Source of the DNA: Eledone cirrhosa
Taxonomy: Eukaryota
Assembly: GCA_964016885.1 (NCBI GenBank)
Contig: OZ024741.1
Location: forward strand, 357,244,001 to 357,308,000
Length of the DNA stretch: 64,000 nt
Direction: 5' to 3'
Part shown: positions 1-10,639 of the stretch, in pieces
Layout of the letters: each line of letters starts with the position of its first letter
Numbering within the stretch: the first letter of the stretch is position 1
Position numbers and translations under genes: made by a program
The notes under the pieces: model-generated
Database searches by the model: none
The model's input: only the letters and a program-made list of their open reading frames with translations
Told to the model about the DNA's origin: nothing

Positions 1-978
1 TGCCACGGTACTGAAATATGCAGATGACATCAAGCTGTACCTTAAAATCAAAAGGACTGATCCTGAAATCTACAACTCTTTCCTACAATCAGACCTGGAC
101 ACAATGCAGCAATGGATCACAGACTGGCAACTGAAGCAGGCTGTGGACAAGTGTACCACCATGCATTTTGGGAGGAAAAATCCAGCGTCCACATACTCCC
201 TCCACAACACTGATATCAAGAAGTCCTCTTGTGAATGTGACCTGGGCATTACTGTCAGCAGCGATTTGCGTTGGACAAAACATGTCTCTAAGATTGTCAA
301 GAAGGCCGAGGGTGTCTTGGCATCACTCAGCAAGACCTTTGTTAGCCGCTCTCCAGCCATCTATTTAAAGCTGTATACAGTTATGGTACGACCACACTTG
401 GAATTCGCATCATCAGTCTGGAACCCCTATCTTGCTCAGATCATTGACCTCCTGGAAACTGTTCAGGGACGTGCAACCAAGCGCATACCCTCCATCAGAC
501 ACCTACCATAATCTGAACGCCTTGCTTCCCTCTGCATGGATTCGTTGAAGCTCCAACGTCTGGCAATGGACTTGGTAAACACCCACAAAGTTATTAACTT
601 TCTCGCCAACAACAACCCTGAGCACCTTTTTGATTTCCATGTGTCTAACACACGTGGACATGCCAACAAAGTCAGAAAACAGCACAGCTCCCATGACTTT
701 CGGAAAAACTTTTTCACGCTCAGAGTTGCTGAAGCATGGAACAAACTACCTGCATCAGTTATTAGCTGCTGAGACACTGCATCCTTTAAAACCCTCATGC
801 TTCCCGAAATTCGCCAAAACTACACCTGATGTACCCCTTCCATACACATGTACGTGTATATCATGACTCATGCACTGTTTCTTTTCCTGACGTTTGTACA
901 TTACCCTATGTACTATACATACGCTTTTTGATGAGTTGTAGTGCACCTGAGCACTGTACACAATATTTTCATTATTAT
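1..978 (+). mobile_element. CR1-clade LINE, 3' part (end of RT, C-terminus, 3' UTR, (ATT)n tail); degenerate
   Basis: Translates as LKYADDIKLY...VRPHLEFASSVWNPYLAQIIDLLETVQGRATKRI...NTRGHANK...FFTLRVAEAWNKLP, typical of the CR1 ORF2 C-terminus. Has in-frame stops. Nearly identical to 32476-33455. Confidence 0.9.
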
Positions 979-1585
979 TATATATATATACACACACACG
1001 TTAATAATACACATGACGTATTATTATGGTTGATGATTACAAATCCCAAATTACTATGCCATTTATATAATGTTTATAATGTACAAAAGAAACAAATCAG
1101 TAAAAAGGTAAGAGAAGGAAAAGACGTGCAGAACTGTTGGTGATGTCCTCTGTAAATGTTTGAGTTAAGCCAAAACACTGGCGTTTGAAATATGTCAAAC
1201 TTTTGTTTGCAGTAACATTTCTTATTGAAATTTAAAGATGTAATATTAAACAGTATGGAAAAAATATGTTAAACTGGTTGTTTACCTTCCAAATCAGTGT
1301 TTACTCGGTGTCAAGTCTTCATATCAACGAATGCGAATAACCGAAAACATACGTTTAGGTATTTGGCGCCAGGATAGTAAACAAAATGAGAGCGTCTGGA
1401 GTGATCTCCCCTTAAGATAACTCTCCGTTAATTAAGTTTTTTTTACTGGTCGAGAGATCCATCTAAAAGTTTGTTTACACGATAAACACCAAATACAATT
1501 ACAATTCATATATTAGTATATAAATACATTTCGTTTCTGAATTTGTTTAGCAAGATTCTTTATCTGAAATCGTGTGTTGAAACCG

Positions 1586-1841
1586 ATATTGTTATACTTT
1601 GGGAGGGTCATGCTGCCAATAAGAAACACACGCACCAGTTGCTTTCACTTCAATTTAATTTAATATATATTTATAAATTTACAAATTTATAAATTTCTGG
1701 TTGGTTGGTTGGAACCAACCAACCAACCAGAAATTTATAAATTTGTAAATTTATAAATATATATTAAATTAAATTGAAGTGAAAGCAACTGGTGCGTGTG
1801 TTTCTTATTGGCAGCATGACCCTCCCAAAGTATAACAATAT
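1586..1841. repeat. Perfect palindrome, 127-bp arms, 2-nt spacer (1713-1714)
   Basis: 1586-1712 is the reverse complement of 1715-1841; the centre is (tggt)n-aa-(acca)n. A diverged single copy of the same repeat lies at about 4310-4465. Confidence 0.95.
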
Positions 1842-1887
1842 ATAAATACAATTTATATTAAAAAAAAAAGGAGAAATATAATTTTCG

Positions 1888-2532
1888 GCACTACCATGCT
1901 ATTAGCTGTCAGAAGTGAAAGTTTCGTCAATTTCTCAATCGTAAACATCGTATTACCACGCGTTATTTTAATAAAGCATATCGATGTAAGTGGAGTTACT
2001 TAAATGAAAATATAGGTGGTCCTTAAAAGGGCAAAATTAGAAAACAAATTTAAGTTAATTAGAAAACAAGTCATGGTTATCAACAGTGAAGTTAACTTAA
2101 ATTAGAAAACAAATATATTGTTATCAAATTTTTTTCACCAACCCTATACATGAAATTGATAACCATGACTATGAAAATCTAAATGATTAAATCCAATTTA
2201 TTTGATAACCATGACTTGTTTTCTAATTAACTTAAATTTGTTTTCTAATTTTGCCCTTTTAAGGGCCACCTATATTTTCATTTAAGTAACTCCACTTACA
2301 TTGATATACTTTATTAAAATAACGCGTGGTAATACAGAAATAAACGATGTTTACGATTGAGAAGGTTGACAGCATGGTAGTGCCATCAAATAAATTGGAT
2401 TTAATCATTTATATTTTCATAGTCATGGTTATCAATTTCATGTATAGTTGGTAATACGGAAATAAACGATGTTTACGATTGAGAAGGTTGACGAAACTTT
2501 CACTTCTGACAGCTAATAGCATGGTAGTGCCT
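1888..2532. repeat. Nested/mosaic inverted-repeat element
   Basis: 1888-2083 is matched in reverse complement by about 2202-2335 and 2463-2532. A second inverted pair links about 2144-2206 with 2385-2447. Confidence 0.85.
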
Positions 2533-2901
2533 AATTTTCTAAAAGGTGGAGAAGATCCGCAAATCCAATTATGCGCCACTATTATAGGGAGTGCTAGAGG
2601 TTCCCACCAGAGGAAAACCAACACACTGACAACATTACCGCATGTGATAAAGATTTGATTTTATGAAAAGTTATTTAGCTGATTTCAAGACAGTAAAGGA
2701 GCGGGTGGTGGTACCCTCCTCGGAGTTTACTCTACAATTTTTTTTTGGCGTGTTACCAACGGATATGAACACCAAACCAGTAGGAAACGATTAGAGGGTG
2801 GGAAAGGGAGTGGAAAGATTATCGGAGTTTCGCTGATATACACTCCCATCGCGTTTGTTGGGAAATATGGGTTATATCGAACATTAATAATAATGTTTAA
2901 T

Positions 2902-3056
2902 TCGTAACTCGCTCAGTATGCAAATGAGGCTACTCCGCCGATGTGTACTTAAGAAAATACTATATATTTTTAACTGTTCAACAGACTGACAAAGGTATAG
3001 AGTCCTGATGAAGGGTAATGACCCAGAAACATGCTGATTGTTCTTCAAAGCCAGTG
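2902..3056 (+). mobile_element. Penelope-like retroelement-derived repeat with degenerate hammerhead core (copy 1)
   Basis: CTGATGA(3005-3011)-a-gggt-aatg-accc-a-GAAAC-at-gct-gattg. Direct diverged copy at 3937-4095. Confidence 0.6.
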
Positions 3057-3142
3057 TTGAACAAACAGGTGACGATCGGTCACTGGCATGGCACAACTTC
3101 AAATCGGGCCGTTTGTTTACAAACGAATCGAACATTATTAAT

Positions 3143-3252
3143 CGGTAGATCGTCAGACACCATGCTTTGCAGCATAGAGTTATAGCCCTTTGCGTTCTAG
3201 TTCATATTCCGCCGAGGTTAACTTTACCTTTCATCCTTTCGGGGTCGATAAA
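3143..3252 (+). mobile_element. SINE (family with gagttcaaatcc...gaggtcaactttgcctttcatcctttcggggtcgataaaataaagtaccagt core); representative copy
   Basis: The same core recurs at about 10540, 11910, 14105, 17390, 24170, 25110, 26700, 35215, 35955, 37660, 38070, 39790, 40310, 41915, 43750, 47490, 51015 and 61435, in both orientations. Has a box-B-like GAGTTCAAATCC. Confidence 0.8.
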
Positions 3253-3257
3253 ATATG

Positions 3258-3308
<51 letters not shown>

Positions 3309-3315
<7 letters not shown>

Positions 3316-3802
3316 ACGTTAAGACGGGCGTCTGGGAAAGTGGAAGTAAATTATTTGACAACAGTGAATTTGTTTGTTTGTTTTTTTTTACAATGAAAGT
3401 TACGATACACACGCAATTGTATGGATTTCTTAATATATATATGTGTGGGTGTGTATATGTGTGTATATATATATGTGTCTGTATGTATATATATATGTGT
3501 TTGTATATATATATATGTGTTTGTGTCATCATCAACGTTTAACGTCTATCTAAAGAAAAAATAATTACACACACAATACTAATTAACACCATATAACTAT
3601 AGAGACCTGTTGTAAATAAACAAACAAATTCACAGTGTACACACATATATACACACATATACACACCCACACATATATATATATTAAGAAATCCATACAA
3701 TTGCGTGTGTATCGTAACTTTCATTGTAAAAAAAAAAAAAAAAAAATTCAGTTGTCAAATAATTTACTTTCACTTTCCCAGACGCCCGTCTTAACGTATG
3801 CC

Positions 3803-3805
<3 letters not shown>
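3309..3805. repeat. Long inverted repeat (~170-bp arms) embedded in (TA)n/(TG)n
   Basis: ggcatacgttaagacgggcgtctgggaaagt...gtgtgtatatat (3311-3475) is the reverse complement of about 3640-3802. Confidence 0.9.
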
Positions 3806-3850
<45 letters not shown>

Positions 3851-3936
3851 TGTGCATATTTATATTTATGTATCAGTTGTGCTAGGGCGAGAAATAAAAT
3901 TCTAATTTTATTTTTAATATTCAGCAAGGCCAGCTG

Positions 3937-4093
3937 TAACTCGCCTCGCTCGGTATGCAAATGAGGCTACTCAGCCGATGTGTACTTAAGAAAATACTAT
4001 ATATTTTCAACCGTTCAACAGACTGGCAGCGGTTTACAGTCCTGGTGAAGGCTAATGACCCAGAAACATGTTGATTGTTCCTCAAACCCAGTG

Positions 4094-4095
<2 letters not shown>
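3937..4095 (+). mobile_element. Penelope-like retroelement-derived repeat with degenerate hammerhead core (copy 2)
   Basis: cagtc-CTGGTGA-aggctaatgaccca-GAAAC-at-GTT-gattg (4037-4077); cagtc/gattg can form helix I. Homologous to 2902-3056. Confidence 0.6.
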
Positions 4096-4159
<64 letters not shown>

Positions 4160-4750
4160 ATAAATGGCTGACTGACGTGTGTTTTTTTCTCATTTTTTCT
4201 TAAACAAGATGGTGTAGGACAGAACAAAAGAGACACAAATTAACAAATTAGTTACTGAGGAGGTCACAGACCAAAGAGCGTTGACAATAAACAACCATCC
4301 GGTTATTTAAGCCAACCAACTGGAAATTTGCAATAAATTAAAGTGAAAATCAACAGGTGCATGTGTTTTTATTGGCAGCATGACCCTCCCAAAGTATAAC
4401 AATATTTGTTTCAACAGACGTTTTCAGATAAGAAATCTTGCAAAAGAAATACAAAAACGAAATATGAATGTGTGTATGTATGTAAAACGTAAACAGAAAT
4501 AACAAAGCAAACGACACAGTACATTGAAGCAATATAGGTAATCTTGAACTTTCCGGCGTTAAATTAATTTTAAGAAAAGTAAATAAGAAACATAAATTAT
4601 AATATTCAAAGGTGTCTATTATACATCATAATAATGTCGTATCCAATATAGAATATTGCCGAAGATGTTTTCTTGAATAGTACGGCGCCAAATAAACACA
4701 CATGCGAATTCAGTCAGCCGTTCTGATATATACACACACACATATATATA

Positions 4751-5033
4751 TAATATTACTTCAAAATATTAATATAGACATTCATGTGATCAAATATATT
4801 TTATTATACATATTTCAGAGATACTGAGCTATTTCAACAGTACGTCCTCATCAGATAAAATAAGTTGATTCCTGACATAGGTTGACTATGTTGATGGTTA
4901 TAATTTAGTCATAATTATAATTTATCTGATGACGACGTACTGTTGAAATAGCTCAGTATCTCTGAAATATGTATAATAAAATATATTTGATTACATGAAT
5001 GTCTATATTTATTAATATTTTGAAGTAATATTA
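4751..5033. repeat. Inverted repeat (~110-bp arms, 61-bp spacer) with a hammerhead-like core in each arm
   Basis: 4751-4859 vs 4921-5033 are near-perfect reverse complements. CTGATGA-(c/g)gacgtactgtt-GAAA-tagctc lies at 4926 (+) and 4854 (-); helices III and I are degenerate. Confidence 0.85.
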
Positions 5034-5258
5034 ATAACTCCAGAAAACCTTCTTGTAGAGTGCTTATAATCTATTGTGAAACTTTATTCATTGAACCTTG
5101 TTAAACTTTTAATTATATATATATAATTATATATATGTAGGAGGTGAGTTTTATTGTAGTACAATAAAGCAATGCAGATATCGGATAAGAAGCACTCTAC
5201 AGTTTGTGGGACTGGAGTATACATAATATATAAGAACAAAAGATGGTTAAAGGAGTTC

Positions 5259-5343
5259 CATGTATTTTATTATGCGCATTTCAAAAACAAATATCATCAT
5301 GCAATAATATTTGTGTTTTCATCAGATAAAACAGGAGGACATG
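5259..5343 (-). ncRNA. Type I minimal hammerhead ribozyme, mirror copy in the left palindrome arm
   Basis: Exact reverse complement of 5446-5530. Confidence 0.85.
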
Positions 5344-5445
5344 ATATGAAGGCTAAAAAACACTTGTGGATAGTTCAGTTTTAAATCAACATTGATATGT
5401 TGATTTAAAACTGAACTATCCACAAGTGTTTTTTAGCCTTCATAT

Positions 5446-5530
5446 CATGTCCTCCTGTTTTATCTGATGAAAACACAAATATTATTGCATGATGATATTT
5501 GTTTTTGAAATGCGCATAATAAAATACATG
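5446..5530 (+). ncRNA. Type I minimal hammerhead ribozyme (Penelope-type)
   Basis: Helix I gttttat(5457-5463)/ataaaat(5519-5525); core CTGATGA 5464-5470; helix II 5471-5486/5491-5506 (16 positions, 1 mismatch, loop gcat); GAAA 5507-5510; palindromic helix III a-tgcgca-t; cleavage triplet AUA 5516-5518. Confidence 0.85.
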
Positions 5531-5785
5531 GAACTCCTTTAACCATCTTTTGTTCTTATATATAATTATATATATATATATACAGACCTGTTAACTCTCC
5601 CAGTCCGACGGAGTGGATGAGAGATGTCTTCTCTTGTGAAAAGGGTATAGCTTTCATTACGTAAAATCTCCCCGTTTTGGGGCACTTTTTTTCATAGTAC
5701 CCACCGTTTGGGTTTTTAGAGGTTGGAAAGTCTGTGCCTGTGTATGTATTAAGGTTATTTAAAACGCGTTCTCCACCCTCTCTGT

Positions 5786-5788
<3 letters not shown>

Positions 5789-5855
<67 letters not shown>

Positions 5856-5890
5856 GCGTATGTGTGTGTGTGTGCGCGTGCGTGTGTATG
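5789..5890. repeat. (TG)n microsatellite upstream of the homeobox gene
   Basis: About 30 pure TG units followed by TG/CG alternation. Confidence 0.95.
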
Positions 5891-6287
5891 TAAATGAGAG
5901 AGACAGAGAGAACGAAAGAAAGAAATTAACTGAAAGAAGGAACAGGGATTTTAGTTTTTGCCTTTTAACATAATAAATTTCGAAATAACGAATTAACTCT
6001 GACAAACATGCTCTTTAATTAAACCTTAAATACTATTTTATGTTTAACTAAACCCTATTTGATAGATGTTGTGCTAATTTATACCTGATTAAAGCGATAT
6101 TTTCCAACTTAGTTTGTGATTTATTTAATTACCCACGTAATATTTGGAAGTAGATCACCTTTGTCTATTCGCGGAATGTGTATTTATTTAATAATCAGAG
6201 TCTGTAGTAAGGAAAATACGAAAGCTATTTCTGAAATTAATAACGAAGAAACCTTTAACTAAATCGTTGAATAATGTAGGCATTACA

Positions 6288-6539
6288 ATGTCGCTTATGG
6301 ACAGAATTTTATTAAAAAGCGACTGCATACCCCCAGACTTGGTCAGTACACTTTCTTACTTTGTCCAGTGTCTGTGCAATTTGAACAAATATGATGAATT
6401 CAAAAATTGGTTAGATAACTTGATAAAGTTGAAACCATTACTATTTGAAAAGTTAAAAAAGAATGAAGATTTTGTATTTTATCTTATTAATTTACGAATT
6501 TATGAAGAGAACTTTTGCGAGGTTTATGAACTGATTAAG
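6288..6539 (+). CDS. SIX-domain + TALE-homeodomain gene (ANHX-like), coding exon 1
   Basis: ATG at 6288; MSLMDRILLKSDCIPPDLVST...NEDFVFYLINLRIYEENFCEVYELIK. Donor AAG|GTAAGT at 6540, phase 0. ENFCEVYELIK resembles the SIX-domain GNFRELYKILE helix. Confidence 0.85.
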
Positions 6540-7922
6540 GTAAGTGCTTTCAAGTTTCTAGAGTTATGAAGTTATATTAATTTGTTTTAATGTTCACCAA
6601 CTTTTTCTCTTTGGTATTAACTGTGCTTGTATCCTACAATCATTTTCTTAAGTTAAAAAAAAAAAAATCAGTTGACCTATCTTTATCCGGAATCATCTCC
6701 ACAACTTGAAGTCATATTACTAATGTCCATCGGTGCAAGCTTTATTAATAATCTCTGTGTTACTTAATAAGCTTAATTTTCAATATTTATTTTAAACTTA
6801 AGATACCCCTGCAGTAAAAATATATTTTAATAATGTTCTTTCGATGAATGTTTCATATAGTTATGAAATTTCGATATTTTTCTTCGAATTTGATCATTAA
6901 CAATTAATGATTTTTAAAAACGCATGAAAAGCAATTCTCGAATTGCTAACATTTTCTCAAAAGTAAACGAAGTTCATAAGTTGTGCATAAGGCATGATTT
7001 TATAAGAAAAAAAATAGGGCATGTCATTGACTCCAGCAGTGTTCATCTTTCACTTGAAGTTATTTTGTAAAACAAGGATTGTTATAACGGTTACAATCCA
7101 TATTGCGTTTTTTACAAGGTTGAGCGAGTCATGTTATGTAACGAATTACGTTTATATCACCCTCATTCTGTGTTTTCCTTCTAAAATTTGGTCGTTATTG
7201 AGCAGTTTACCATTATAAAAATAGATTGTTTAATTAAGGCAAAAGTAAAAATAACGAATGTGCAGTGGGAGCTGCGTATTACGATTATTTTCTAGATAAC
7301 AACTGGTAAATAACATTAAACAGAGTATAGCAATATCCTAAGCGTGTTTGGGATCCACTAATTTTGGTAACGTTAACCGTGATTATAGTAAGCGGCTTCC
7401 ATTGAATTTATTCAGTAGGGTTTATAAAAGTGACAGTGACTTTGAGATATACATGTATGTGTGTTGTATATATCAATGTATTACACTTATGAAATGGGAA
7501 AACTACATATTTTGATCTGTGGATGACAGGAACTTGCATTGACATATTTGATCTTGTGGTTGATTTAATTTAATGCAATAAAATAAAGATGAAAATTTAT
7601 TGACTTTAATTACTATCGGTTGGTTGAATATACTCTTGCACGAGTGTTTATACCAATAACAGAAAGCATAAATAATTATCAAATTCTTCAATAAAATTTT
7701 ACTTTATTGCGTCTAATACGTAGTGACCTTAGTGTTTTGGAATGTCTATCGCATTGACATCTTCAATTCGATGTACCTGCAACTCTGAACAGTCAGGCTG
7801 AGCTGGATTAAGAACTATTAAGCAAAATATGCTCGTTTAGGGCATCAAGGAAAGAAGGCCATCATTTCATTCAAATTATATGTATTTGTCATTCTAAAAA
7901 AATTTTTGGTAAATTGTTATTG

Positions 7923-8148
7923 ACACCTGTTTCCGAGACGATACTTCAGTGAAAATATAGTATATATATATTTTTAATTTTACGGGTAGTTAGTTCCTCT
8001 ATAGGATTCTGAAAGTGAAATTTATGTTTTTCTTATGATCTTTTTAATGTGTTTTGAACGAATATGGTCTTGAAAACAGTCATAAATTATTCGTTTTCTG
8101 TGGTTCCCTCGCTGAGAACTCCGTAACACCCATCTTGGAGACGGGTGT
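7923..8148. mobile_element. MITE-like element with imperfect ~18-bp TIRs
   Basis: acacctgtttccgagacg ... catcttggagacgggtgt. Confidence 0.5.
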
Positions 8149-8214
8149 AATAATAAATAAAAAGGTACCCTTTTTTAAGACTTTATAAGAGTGGAGTGGG
8201 GATATATATATAGT

Positions 8215-8490
8215 AACACAACACTGGTGGACTGGTGGAATTTTCTACGTGACATCTGAGAATTCTTCGAGAATAATCTTTAAGAACTTAGTGGCAATGG
8301 ACATGGTATCCCAATAATTGTAGAAATTGATGGGAGAAGTTCTACAAGAAGTATGACAGAGGACAATAAAGTGAAAGACAATGGGGTTCTGAACGAAACT
8401 GAAAATATTACCTTGTTGAGGTGTCACAAAGAAAAACCAGTACATTTGAAGGAACTATTCAGCGGTGGGTTTTGCTGGGAAGCTAGATCG
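8215..8490 (+). mobile_element. Merlin (IS1595/ISXO2-like) DDE transposase relic
   Basis: Frameshifted fragments VDWWNFLRDI, IVEIDG...KFYKKYDRG (cf. VEIDESKFGKRKYNRG), YYLVEVSQRKTST and QRWVL. Confidence 0.6.
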
Positions 8491-8714
8491 TACCAGCTTA
8501 GGTAATATGAATTAAACTGCAGGCGGTGTTTACGTCCATGACACTATTGTTATAACTCCACACCCTATATTTCTACTAACAACTGGCATTGTTACACAAG
8601 TTTATTAAGTTGAGTAGACTATACAGTCAAATATTAGTTATCTGAACACAATCTCAAGGTTTCATGAACATTTAACTAGCCATTACTGCTGCCATTTTAT
8701 CTTTTAGTTTGAAT

Positions 8715-9190
8715 TATTAGAGAGCCGCTACCAGAGCAAAAGATAATATCGCGAGGATCACTGGGAAACTTCTCTAATAATTTTTTAAGTAAGCCAGCAC
8801 GATCGAAGGTTGGAAAATGTAGATAGCCGACAGATTACGGTATTTTAGGATTTTGTTCCATTCGGCTGCGGATACTGTAGCTCTAGCTTTACCGCTGCAT
8901 CGAGGATGTGGGAAGAAGCAAAAGATTCACTGTTTCGTTCCAGACAGAGCACCTGCCTCTTGACCAGGAGCACAGGGTGAGTCCGTCAGGTCTTTTCCCA
9001 TCAAATCTGGACAACCCAGACGGTTCCAAAGTTGAGGGGATGTTTGCCCGGGCCAAAACTCTCTTGAAGATGAGGTTTAGCTCCGTGTGACGCACGAAGC
9101 GACCGGCATTCGGGCGGCAAACTTCAGACCTGTACAGACGTCGGCTTCCACTCTGAGGGCAATGGAAACACAAAGCTCGTCCAATCTGAT
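8715..9190 (-). mobile_element. CRE-clade non-LTR retrotransposon relic (restriction-like endonuclease region)
   Basis: RHTELNLIFKRVLARANIPSTLEPSGLSRFDGKRPDGLTLCSWSRGRCSVWN matches the RH..N...EP......RPD RLE signature. Confidence 0.8.
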
Positions 9191-9510
9191 TAGGCCATCA
9201 CCTTTCGCCTGTCTTTTGTTGTATGTGGTCCTAGATGTATGTTTACTTGCTTATGTATTTTTTCTCTTTCTTTTCCTCTTCTTTTTTTCCCTTTCCTTTG
9301 TATATATTTTATTTGTTTGTGTTTTCGTTCTGTAAGCATTATATAATTTTATTTTTATACAACTGTGAATAAAACTACTATTATTAGAGATGAATTCAAA
9401 TTACTGCAGAACATGTAAAAATGTTAATCAAACAAGTCACCGGCACCAATCTTGAACGTCTTTATATTTAGTTATCGAAAGTGCCATTAGTTTGATTCCT
9501 GTTAGTCACT

Positions 9511-9725
9511 TTAACCCTTCAACATTTAAACCGGCCGTATCGGCCAGAATTCTCTCACCTCTTTCTGTTCAAACTGGCTGTAACTGGCTACTCATACTGA
9601 TGTTAAAGTATTGTTTTCAAAATAAATATCAAAATCTCGTAGATTCGATATTATGTGAGGTAAAGCCTTCCCCATGAAAATACAATACTAAATAATATAG
9701 AGTAATATAAATGCTAAAGGGATAA
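9511..9725. mobile_element. TTAA-CCCTT (piggyBac-like) MITE, family 2
   Basis: Ends ttaacccttcaacatt ... aatgctaaagggataa. A second copy at about 57452-57665 is nested in a family-1 MITE. Confidence 0.6.
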
Positions 9726-9807
9726 CAGTGTTAAAATAATTGTAACATAAAAATGACTGACATACAGAATAATTTAATAAAATTGATATTTTTTGTTTTG
9801 TTTTTAA

Positions 9808-10236
9808 GGTTCACGGCTTTCGTTGCCGAACGGAATAAAATCCTAAATTACTGGGAACTATCAAATAACTATTTTTCCCAGCTTGTGACATTCGAAACGT
9901 TTGGTGACGCTGAACCGCTGACAGCGAAGTTCTTCTCATCGTTAGCGGCTCACCTTACCGAGGTGTTACGTAATGCCTGTGAGGTTGCCTGTTTTTTTCA
10001 GTGCCTTAGCCTCGCCATCACCCGCGGCAATGTTGCGAGCGTGTTGGCTGGTCTCAAAATGTTTCCGTTGGTCCCTGTCGTGTGCGGTCGATTGTCGCCT
10101 TTTTGTTTTTGTGCAATATATTTGTGAGGTTCCTAGCAATAATTAATTGTATTTATTATCTGTTTACATTTGTGTTTATATTTTCATTCTGTGAGAATTA
10201 TAAACAATTTGTAATGTTATTTATACAACTGTGAAT
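9808..10236 (+). mobile_element. CRE-clade retrotransposon C-terminus and 3' UTR relic
   Basis: AERNKILNYWELSNNYFSQLVTFETFG...FFQCLSLAITRGNVASVL is the typical K..KY...ET.G...QR.S.A..RGNA terminus. The T-rich 3' UTR is similar to 9192-9385. Confidence 0.75.
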
Positions 10237-10384
10237 TCTGTAAATTATTTAAATTCAAGACAATAAAAAAAAAAATGAAATAGAAAGTAAAAATGTCAAT
10301 TTTCTTTTACCAAATCCCCTTTCCTGAATTCTGTTAATTCATTGCCGTCGTATATTTTTTACTTAAAAACATTTCTTTTAACAG

Positions 10385-10506
10385 AATGGAACATTTACAA
10401 AGCCTGAAAGATTTATTTTGCTTTGGGATAAAGCTCACTATAAGTTAAAAGAAAAAGAAAAAGGTTTCCCGTTAACCCCACTTGCACGTTTCAGGGTGAG
10501 AAAAAA
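10385..10506 (+). CDS. SIX-domain + TALE-homeodomain gene, coding exon 2 (not in ORF track)
   Basis: Acceptor tttcttttaacag|; NGTFTKPERFILLWDKAHYKLKEKEKGFPLTPLARFRVRK(K); donor AA|GTAAGT at 10507. Phase 0 to 2. Matches SIX-domain LW.KAHY.EAEK.RGRPL..V.KYRVR.K. Confidence 0.92.
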
Positions 10507-10639
10507 GTAAGTCTATTTTCCATTTGTTATTTTAATATAATAATTGTTTCTACTTTAGGCACAAGGCCAGCAAATACTCAGTGCATTACTGGTACTTTAT
10601 TTTATCGACCCCGTAAGGATGAAAGGCAAAGTGAACCTT

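Larger units (their letters stand above)
5226..5563. repeat. Perfect palindrome, 167-bp arms, 4-nt spacer (5393-5396)
   Basis: 5226-5392 is the exact reverse complement of 5397-5563. Confidence 0.95.

Noticed and set aside
1362-1369. E2F-like TTTGGCGC sites (1362 on +, about 4686 on -)
   Set aside because: Short motifs in repeat-rich DNA with no evidence of a transcription start.
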